Part shown: in pieces, positions 52,908-64,000 of the stretch
Layout of the letters: each line of letters begins with the position of its first letter
Position numbering within the stretch: position 1 is the first letter of the stretch
NCBI RefSeq assembly: GCF_009914755.1
Contig: NC_060935.1
Direction: 5' to 3' (one strand)
Length of the DNA stretch: 64,000 nt
Source of the DNA: the human T2T-CHM13v2.0 reference genome, Homo sapiens
Notes under the pieces: model-generated
Databases searched by the model: none
What the model saw: only the letters and a program-made list of their open reading frames with translations
Told to the model about the DNA's origin: nothing
Translations under genes and position numbers: made by a program

Positions 52908-53084
52908 CGAGTACTGAGCCATCAAGATGATACGGCTTTGCTAAAAGCATATATTGTTGAATGGCGAAAGTTCTTTACACAATGTGATATTTTACCAAAA
53001 CCTTTTTGTCAACTAGAGATTACTTTAATGGGTAAACAGGGCAGCAATAAAAAATCAAATGTGGAAGACAGTATTGTTCGAAAG
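52908..53084 (+). CDS. CUL5: Cullin-5 exon 4 (RVLSHQDDTALLKAYIVEWRKFFTQCDILPKPFCQLEITLMGKQGSNKKSNVEDSIVRK), 177 nt
   Basis: TTTTCAG| acceptor; AAG|GTAAGA donor; open frame; phase 0-0. Confidence 0.98.
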
Positions 53085-55677
53085 GTAAGACTATTTTTCT
53101 CCTTGTTTTCCTAATATTCTTCAGAAAGAGGGTAATTTGGAAGCATTTGAAAGTAATTTGAACTTTTAAGTGGGTTTTTCTACTTCACATGTCAATTGCT
53201 TTTCAGCTCTTAACTAGATTTTATTGAATAATATTCTTTTTTGTCTTTAGCTTCAATCTTCTTTCATCTTTTTATGTGGTCTTAAGCTATAGATCTGCAT
53301 CTTCAACCATTATCTCCTTTACTTTTCCTTTTTACTTTCTCCTTCTCCTGGTATTCAGTATTTTATTTCTCTATTCTTTCTTTGTACTCTTTTTTTTTTT
53401 TTAAACTGGAGTGTCACTCTGTCGCCTAGGCTGGAGTGTGCAGTGGCGCAGTCTGCTCACTGCAACCTCCGCCTCCTGTGTTCAAGCAATTCTCCTGCCT
53501 CAGCCTCCTGAGTAGCTGGGACTACAGGCACGTGCTACCACACCCGGCTATTTTATTGTATTTTTAGTGGAGACCAGGTTTCACCATGTTGGCCAGGCTC
53601 GTCTCGAACTCCTGACCTCAGGTGATCTGCCTGCCTCAGCCTCCGAAACTGTTGGAATTACAGGCGTGAGCCACTGCACCCAACCTATACCCTTACTAGA
53701 AATTAAATTACTTTTCTCCCTGTCTCAAAAATCCCCTTTTATTAGGTTACCTTCTGATATCTTTATGTTTAATTGTGGCTAAACTGCTATCTTTATAATT
53801 TCCCTTTTACTTAACTCTTCTATTATAAATTCAGTATATACTGTGCTTATTTTCTATTTAAAAATTGTGTCAAGTAACCAGTCATGATTTAATGGAAAGA
53901 ACTCAGTGCTGAATATGAAGGGTCCTAGGTTTCCCTTTCAGCTCTTCAAACTCCGTCCTCATTTTCCATATATCTTTCCACTTGTAAGAATAAAATGGGA
54001 CCGTAGATTTGAAAAGTAAAAAATGCCATTTGAACTTTAGTCAATTTACTGTTTACTGTGATGGTTACAGTAAAACACTCAGGCATTACAATAGTGTAAC
54101 CTGGGCATTGTTGCCCCATCCCAGCCTTAAAATTTGATCTGATGTTGACAGGGATACTGTAAATTTAGATACCCAGTGGTTCTTCAGTGATAGAAATCAC
54201 TGCAATATGGGAAATTTGTGCCAAGGGAAAAAAAAAAGTGAAAAACACTTCTGGCTGCGATTTAATTTGTAGTCTCATAATCTTGTCCTCTTTTTTTGGC
54301 CATTCTATTGGTTGTGGGAAGCAGCATCCACTTAGTGATTAAGTGTATCAATTCTGGGGCCACAGTTTTTGGATTCAAATCTCAGTGTTGCCACTGATGA
54401 GGTGCATAAATGTGGAAAGTTAGCTTTGCTATCTGTACCCCAGGTTTCACATATCTAAAGGGGGGATAATCATAGTACCTATATCAAGATTATGAGGATT
54501 AAATGAGTTACATGCAGACAATACATAGAGCAGTCCCAGGTATAGAATGAGTGTTATAAAACTGTTAACTCTTGTTGTTATTGTTGCTGTCATTAATGTA
54601 TCTCCTACATCTGACCAAGTTTCTTGGAGTACTGATATAATCACCAATGTTTATATACCATTTTTATCATTTTAATGGAACATCTAAACAGTAGATTTGC
54701 AGACCTTTTATAAGGTCCAGTATCAGATTTTCAGTTGGTCCTTTTTACATTTTTTATGTGTCTTTACAAACATATGCATATGTCTATTTCAAACACACCA
54801 ATATATCTGAAATTCAACCATGGAACTATAGGAGAATAAACATTTTCCATGTATTATCATAGTTAATTTTTACAACCACTGAAATTTGCACTATTATTTT
54901 GACCATTTTATACATAAGAAAGCAGATAAATAAGTAACAGCTGGGATTCAAATCCAGTTGGATTCTGAAACACTTGTTCTTTATTTACTTTTGTTTTGTT
55001 TGAAATGGGCTCTTGCTGTGTTGCCCAGGCTAGAGTGGAATAGTGTGATCTTGGCTTGCTGCAGCCTTGCCCTCCTGGACTTAAGTGATCCTCCCACCTC
55101 AGCCTCCCAAGTAGCTGGGACTACAGGCACATGCCAGCATGCCTAGCAAATTTTTGTATTTTTTGTTGTTGTTGAGATGGGTCTTACTGTGTTGCCGAGG
55201 CTGGTCTCAAACTCCTGGCCTCAAGTGATCCTCCCACCTTGGCCTCCCAAGGTTTTGGGATTAGACCACGCGCAGTCGACCCTTCTTTACCATTATGCTA
55301 AATATACTGCTTCCCCGAAGTATTCAAGTGAATGCAACCTAAGTTATTTTGAGACAGGGTCTTACTCTGTCACCCAGGCTGGAGGGCAGTGGCGTGGTCT
55401 CGGCTCACTGGGACTACAGGCGTGCACCACCACACTGGGCTATTTTTTTTGTATTTTTTTGTAGAGACAGGATTTTGCCCTGCTGCCCAGGCTGGTCTTG
55501 AACTCATAGACTCCAGCGATCCACCTGCCTCGGCCTCCCAAATTGTTGGGACTACAGGCGTGAGCCACTGCACCTGGCCCAGGCCTACAAATTTGATTTC
55601 CTTTTTTGGTGTTTGTACATGATACTTTGTATATTAATAATTGAAAATTATGTTACAATTTGTTCTTGTTTTCCTAG

Positions 55678-55819
55678 CTTATGCTTGATACATGGAATGA
55701 GTCAATCTTTTCAAACATAAAAAACAGACTCCAAGATAGTGCAATGAAGCTGGTACATGCTGAGAGATTGGGAGAAGCTTTTGATTCTCAGCTGGTTATT
55801 GGAGTAAGAGAATCCTATG
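55678..55819 (+). CDS. CUL5: Cullin-5 exon 5 (LMLDTWNESIFSNIKNRLQDSAMKLVHAERLGEAFDSQLVIGVRESY), 142 nt
   Basis: TTTTCCTAG| acceptor; ATG|GTATGT donor; contains the cullin ER.GE motif. Confidence 0.98.
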
Positions 55820-57664
55820 GTATGTTCTGAACTTTTATGATCATAATTTCTGTTTCATGGAAATTGTAGAACAATTATGGAATAGCACAATCAAAGTTAA
55901 GTTTATTGGCATACAAAGTTACATCTACTTTTTGTACTAGATACTTTTTTTGAGAGTAAGCAAATGATAATTCTGCTTAAAAGAATGTATAAAAATTCAT
56001 ATTAATGTGGTTAATATTTTCTTCATGCCATTAATTTCTTGGCAAGTCTTTTTAGTGAACTAAATTAGATATATAAATTTGAATGTGTAGCTCATAAAAG
56101 GTAACTAGTTCATTAAAAGGTTAGGTATTTATGTTTTCAGGAAGTAAGTTACTTCCATGAAAAGGAGAGCATGTAGGAGTACATTCTCTCTTACTTCTAA
56201 TTTGTTTCCTGTGACTTAGAGTATGCTTCTTCCCCACGCTTCATCCTCCTCCTGGAGGCCTTTCTTAATTCCCAGAGTAAGTTAACTTCTCTCATTTAGT
56301 GCTTCACAGTACCTGTGCCTCCTTGGCATAGTACTTTTGTTTAATTGTGTTGTTAGCACCATGTCTTTACTGAACATAGAATGCATGGCACAAAATCACT
56401 CTAGGTAGGTATTTATTGAGTTAATGAACCTATAGAGTTACTTTTGACTGGCTTTTCTTCATGGCCCCCATATTCTTTTAGTTATCAAGCCTTTAGATTT
56501 TCATTAGCAGTGCTCCTGAAATTTGTTTTTAATTGAACTGCCACCAGACATTAAACTTCACATGCAGAGTTTTGAAATAGTCGTCTTATAATCATCTTAT
56601 TGCTGTTGTTTAACCCATATGGTGTTCATAAGATTAATGTTTAAGCACTATTTTATTGGTATTTTTTCTACTTACCCCTTAAGTGGTATACCATGCTTTT
56701 TTTTTTTTTTTTTAAGAGATGGGGTTTTGCTCTGTTGCCCAAGCTGGAGTGCAGTGGCGTGATCATGGCTCATTGAGCCTCCACCTCTCAGGCTTAAGCA
56801 GTCCTCCTATCTCAGTGTCCTGAGTAGCTGGGACTGCAGGCATGCACCACCACACCTGGCTAATTTTTTTCTTTTTTTTTCTTTTTTTGAGACAGAGTCT
56901 CACTCTGTCACCCAGGCTGAAGTGCAGTGGCATGCTCGCTGCAACCTCCACTTCCCAAGTTCAAGCAATTTTCATACCTCAGCCTCCAGAATAGCTGAGA
57001 TTACAGGTGTGTGCCATCACTCCCAGCTAATGTTTGTATTTTTAGTAGAGACGGGGTTTTGCCATAGTGGCCAGGCTGGTCTTGAACTCCTGACCTCAAG
57101 TAATCTGCCCACCTTGGCCTCCCGCAGTGCTGGGATTACAAGTGTGAGCCATTGTGTGCAGGCTTAATTTTTCTGTAGACACATGATTTTACTATGTTGC
57201 CCAGGGCATCTTCACAACCATTTGTAATTTACCATTCTACCTTACCTTCTATTAACCTTGCAATCCACTTAGACAACCTAGTCATATTTTCTTGTGCTTT
57301 TCTGCTTCTGAATATTTACTTACCTTACTAATCTCCGTTTATGCAAATTCTAGTTTATTCTTTAAGATTCAGTTTAAATCCCATTGCTTCTGTGAATGTT
57401 TTCTTGATTATTCAGTTAGAAGTCAGTTTCTTACCTATGCAAAAATAGTCTATATTATCTGTATTATTTATTTGTTACTTTACTGCTTTATGCTGTTATC
57501 TTTATAAGTTTCTTATGGAGAAGGATTTTGTCTTATATAATTATATGTTCTCTTGAGCATTGTTACCTTGCACATAATGACTCCTCAATATTTGTTTCAT
57601 TTATTATACTCAAAATATTGATTTTGATCATAATTGGAGTAATACTTTATTTTCTGTTTTTCAG

Positions 57665-57810
57665 TTAACCTTTGTTCTAATCCTGAGGATAAACTTCAAA
57701 TTTATAGGGACAATTTTGAGAAGGCATACTTGGATTCAACAGAGAGATTTTATAGAACACAAGCACCCTCGTATTTACAACAAAATGGTGTACAGAATTA
57801 TATGAAATAT
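57665..57810 (+). CDS. CUL5: Cullin-5 exon 6 (VNLCSNPEDKLQIYRDNFEKAYLDSTERFYRTQAPSYLQQNGVQNYMKY), 146 nt
   Basis: TTTTTCAG| acceptor; TAT|GTAAGT donor; cullin Y...FE..YL..T..FY motif; phase 1 start matches exon 5. Confidence 0.98.
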
Positions 57811-57892
57811 GTAAGTTAGAACTTAGTATATGTGATAATTTGAGCAATTCCCTTGATATTCTTAAAATGATTGCTATTTTGCTTCTGGACAG

Positions 57893-57973
57893 GCAGATGC
57901 TAAATTAAAAGAAGAAGAAAAACGAGCACTACGTTATTTAGAAACAAGACGAGAATGTAACTCCGTTGAAGCA
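57893..57973 (+). CDS. CUL5: Cullin-5 exon 7 (ADAKLKEEEKRALRYLETRRECNSVEA), 81 nt; gene continues beyond the window
   Basis: GACAG| acceptor after an 82-nt intron; GCA|GTAAGT donor; cullin L.EE..R..RYL motif. Confidence 0.97.
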
Positions 57974-58327
57974 GTAAGTAATTTTGTAATTGTACATTTT
58001 ATGGGATTATTTGAAATACGGAAGCATAGGAATGGCAAATAAACAACATAAATAATATTATTTAACAACCAACATTGTTAATTGATTTTAGTTCTTTTTG
58101 CCTATGAGCCATAGCACAACTTTGTAGGAGGTATCTTGTTTAGAACACATTGTCCTTTGGAGCTGGTATGCAAGATCAAATCTATTTGCCATACCTGTTC
58201 TAGACTTTATTTAATATAATTAATTTTTGGTAAGTTTTCTTTTATTATGTTTTATGCATATCTAAAGTTAGCCATTTTGTGATTTTCATGTTGCAAGTAA
58301 TATATGCTCCCTTAGGGATACAGTTGA

Positions 58328-58955
<628 letters not shown>

Positions 58956-61116
58956 TAATTTTTTTATTTTATTTTTCATAGAGAGCAGGTCTTGCTATGT
59001 AGCCCAGGCTGGTTTTGAACTCCTGGCCTCAAGCAATCCTTCTTGCTCAGCCTCCCAAAATGCTGGGATTATGGGCATGAGCCACAATACCTGGCCTCAA
59101 AATATTAAAAAACAAAAAACTAGTCAGTGACAGTACCATGGTAGGTGTTTTCTTTTACGTGGAGGACTGACCTTAGGGTGCTTCAGTATAAGGAAAGTTA
59201 GAATCTAGTTGGGACAGTCTTGGAATTGTTGAAACACAACAATAGTATTTCCTCTGGTTCCTTTCAGTCTTTGGAGCCTTGATTTAGATTTGCATTCTCA
59301 GGAATAACATTCTAGCTTGCCCATAATCAAATATTTTTCAACTCTGAATGGGATTTAAATTTTTTTTTTACTTTTGACTTTTCTTTGGCTTTGTCCATCT
59401 TAAGTGGTAGTCGTGTTTATTTTATTCTTTGTTCAGAAATCACGCCGAGTTGGATGTCTTTTCCCTTTGGTTCTTTTAGTTTTTGTTTTGCTTGTCCTTG
59501 ATTTGCAGTATGTATCCTCTTTGGTTGAAATAGTTTTGATATTGGCAAAAGGAAGGATAATTTAGTGGTTATTTATAGAAGTTCTTTATAGTGATATAAA
59601 TTCAGGTTTGGGCTACATTCAGAAGGCCGGGAAGGCTGTTGACTTTTTTTTTAAACAGGTGGGCCACAGAGTTGTCCCTTAGGAAGATTAATCTGGTGAC
59701 AGGAAAGATGGAAGACTGGAATGGGGAGGAGCTGGGAATAAGAAGTAGAAAGCATTTGCAGTAATTCAGGCAAGGTATTAGGCAGACCAAGTAGAGTTAC
59801 AGAAGTGGGAATGGAAAAGACAAGGGAAGAGAGAAACTTCTTAGAGGTGGAACATTGTATCACATGGATGGGGCTAGATATCACAGAGAATCAAGCCAAT
59901 AATGTTCTGAGGTTTCAGCCAAGGAGAACTGTGCTGCTACTGAGAGATTAGGTATAAAAATAAGTCTTAGTGAGGGAGAAAGGATGAGTTCATTTTGGAG
60001 GATTTGGGTATTTGTTGTAGATTGACGTACATTTAGCACCTGGATGGGAATGTTACAGTTTTATAAGGTGAAATTGTTCTGATCTCCTACTGCAATTTGT
60101 ATGTTAGTCATATCATAGCCACATTAAACTTATGAACTTTCAACTGTAAAAGGCCAACTAAAAGAATAAGTCCAGAGTAGCTGGGACTACAGGTACGTGC
60201 CACTACACCTGGCTAATTTTTTATTTTTTGAGATCACGTCTCACTATGTTGGTAAGGCTTGTCTCAAACTCCTGGGCTCGAGCAGTTCTCCCACCTCGAC
60301 CTCCCAGAGTGCTAGGATTACAGGCACGAGCCACGGCACTTGGCAGTAACGGTCAAAAGTTTGAAATGAAATAGGATATTTGCATAGTTTCAAAGTATCG
60401 TCCCCAAGATATTTACTAAAGGAGAAGCCTGAAGACACCATCTTAATTAAGTGATCAAGGTGAACATCACCAGTAGTAGGACATGCTGACATACCCCGTG
60501 ATATGATGCACTAAGAAGAATACAATATTATTTCTGTTTTACTCTTGCCAAAAATGTGTAATCTTACTGTAATAATGAGGAAAGATTAAACAATCGCAAA
60601 TTGATAGCCTACAAAATGACTAATATTCTTCAAGGTGTCAAGACTGTAACAGACTGAAGGACAAAGGAACTGCCACAGATTGTATGAGAGTAGGAGAAAT
60701 TACAACTATATGCAACATGGGCTTGTGGATAGGATCCTGGAATAGGAGAAGGATATTAGTGGAAAAACTGGTGAAATGAATAAGACCTAGAGTTAAATTG
60801 ATAGTATCGTACCAATACTATTTTCCTGGTTTTGATAGTTGTACTATAGTTATGTAAGATGTTAATGTTGGGAGAAGTGAGGTGCTATTTTTCTGCTAAC
60901 TTTTCTGTAATCATTAATCAAAGAAGTTGAAAAAATAAAGAATATTGGCTGGGTGCAGTGGCTCACGCCTGTAATCCCAGCACTTTGGGAGGCCAAGGCA
61001 GGCAGATCATGTGGTCAGGAGTTCAAGACCAGCCTGACCTACATGGTGAAACCCTGTCTCTACTAAAAATACAAAAATTAGCCGGACGTGGTGGCGTGCA
61101 CCTGTAATCCCAGCTA

Positions 61117-61471
<355 letters not shown>

Positions 61472-62693
61472 TAGCCAGGATGGTCTTGATCTCCTGACTT
61501 CGTGATCTGCCCGCGGCGGCCTCCCAAAGTGCTGGGATTACAGACGTGAGCCACTGCACCCGGCCAAAAGTGATTTTTTTTTTTTTAAATGAAGTAAGAG
61601 TAATACTATAGAGTGTATTGGTGGTGGTAATGCTTCTCCTGCTGCTTTTACTTTATGGAATATGGTCAGAAAAGATCTCTGAGGGAATGATATTGGAGTT
61701 AAGACCTGAATGATAGGGAACTAGCCTTGTGAAGATCTGAGACAGTTAAGTGTTGCATTAGATGTCTGAAGCCCTACTCTTACAGTTTTATTTTTACTTA
61801 TAGGAGAGCCACTTAGACCCTACTTAGATCTGATTTTACATACAATTCTAATAAGCTTGATTATCACTCGCTGGGCCTATAGCAGATGAACAGAAATGTA
61901 TTGAATGTATTTAATGTAAAACAAGGTAAGAGGCTTCCGAGCTGTGCTGCTGAACAGGCATGTTGACAGCAAAAAGTAACACAACCATAAGAAAAGAGCA
62001 AGAAAAAAAATTAAGCCAAATGCCTTTTGTGTTTTAAGAGGCAGAGTCTCGCTGTGTTGCCCAGGCTGGAGTGCAGTGGCTGTTCACAGGTTTGATCATA
62101 GTGCACTGCATTCTCGAATTCCTGGCCTTCAGCAGTCTTCCCACCTCAGCCTCCTGAGTTGCTGGGACAGTAGGCGCATGCAACCACACCCAGCTTTAAG
62201 CCAAAATGACTTAAAATTTGTGTTTGGTTTTTAGTTTTTAGGTGATAGTCCTGCATACCTTAGTATTTCCTGGGGAAATTCAATTAGTATTTATTATATA
62301 CCCACAGTGTGTCAGGCATTATGCTAGTTGGGGATAATAAGATAGACCTAGTCCCTATCCTCAGGATGACACTAGAATAAAATGGATTGTTTATACAATA
62401 GAGGAATAGAAAAGTGAATTGGTAGTGTAAGTCTTGATCACTTCAGAATGACCAGGGCACCGATAGGGAGGGAGTGTATTACAGTGGTTAGGGTCATACA
62501 TGTTGGAATTAGATGAGGATTTGAATCCCACAGATGTTATTTTACCAGCTGTCTGCGTTTTGGCAAGTTATTCAACCTTTGTAGTCTCTCTTTTCCTAAC
62601 TATAAAATGGAATAGGCCGGGCGCGGTGGCTCACGCCTGCAATCCCAGCACTTAGGGAGGCCGAGATGGGTGGATCATGAGGTCAGGAGTTCA

Positions 62694-62963
<270 letters not shown>

Positions 62964-64000
62964 TTAAGCATTTGAGCACTGTGCCTGGCATGATAGCTTT
63001 TACTGTTAGGCACTGGTTCAGAGAAAACTGCTTACTAATTCTAAGACAAGTAAAAACTATTTTACCATCTGTGCAAAACTGATTTAAAAAGCTGAATAAG
63101 CAACTAGGTCACAAGTTATAAATTATTAACATTAAAATAAGCACTTATTAACCTTCAGTATTTTGGTATTTCAGGCATGGTATCCTCTCCACAGAGGAGG
63201 TCTAAAATTAAAAAAAAAAATTAAGCTTGGTGTTCAAAAAGACAAGGTGATCCAGACTTTTGTAGTGCCACTAATGATAGTAGTACAGAAAGAATCTTAG
63301 TCAAACTAGAAAGGCCAGGAAATTAATTATTGAATACATTACAGATATCCTTGTATGGTTAAGGGCCTGATAATGATAGAGTAGAATCATAAAGTGGGGG
63401 AACTTAAGATAATTTTTAGTTCAACTCTTACGTTGTAGCTGAGGCAAAGCAAACTATTCCTTATACAGAGCTATATAACTAATGAAAATCAGAAATGCTT
63501 TTTTTTTTAAACGAAATTTGAGCGAGGTAGAAATAATTATGCAAATTGAATACCACTAAAAGAAGAATCTGGCTGGATGCCGTGGCCCACGCCTCTAATC
63601 CCAGCACTTTAGGAGGCCGAGGCGGGTGGATCACCTGAGGTCAGGAGTTCAAGACCAGCCTGGCTAACATGGTAAAGCCCTGTTTCTACTAAAAATACAA
63701 AAAATTACCCGGGCATGGTGGTGCGTGCCTGTAATCTCAGCTACTCGGGAGGCTGAGGCAGGAGAATCGCTTGAACCCGGGAGGCGGAGGTTGCAGTGAG
63801 ATCGCGCCATTGCACTCCAGCTTGGGCAACGAGTGAAACTGTCTCAAAAAAAAAAAGAATAAGAATCTACCATGTCTCGTAGCCTACCTGTCTCACCTTT
63901 CATTTTCCAGACCTATGAATTCATTCATTCAACAGGTACTTATTGGAGTGCCTGCTGTGTTTTATAGCAGGCATTATTTTTGAAGAGTTTATAGTCTTGC

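Overview
This is human (or near-identical great-ape) genomic DNA containing about 12 kb of upstream sequence, the CpG-island promoter and coding exons 1-7 (codons 1-260) of CUL5 (cullin-5, scaffold of ElonginB/C-SOCS-box E3 ligases) on the + strand. The window ends in intron 7. The seven exons splice by hand into a stop-free 780-nt frame with GT-AG introns. The rest is mostly transposon-derived: about 70 Alu pieces plus L1, L2, MIR, MaLR/ERV LTRs, MER2, Tigger3, MER5, MER20 and MADE1. Almost all ORF-track entries are Alu artefacts, and there is no prokaryote-type system. The most interesting unexplained structures are: (1) a candidate Alu 3' transduction carrying a MIR fragment into a MER2; (2) a three-frame uORF cassette with an in-frame ATG-TAG start-stop and an open N-terminal extension frame; (3) a 72-nt in-frame candidate cassette exon in intron 1; (4) a 40-bp tandem repeat carrying the U1 snRNA 5'-end sequence; (5) a locally templated inverted insertion inside an Alu monomer; (6) a composite CLEAR/UPRE promoter palindrome plus BANP and YY1 motifs at the start codon. 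Repeat subfamily names come from recognition of consensus sequences, and their boundaries are approximate.
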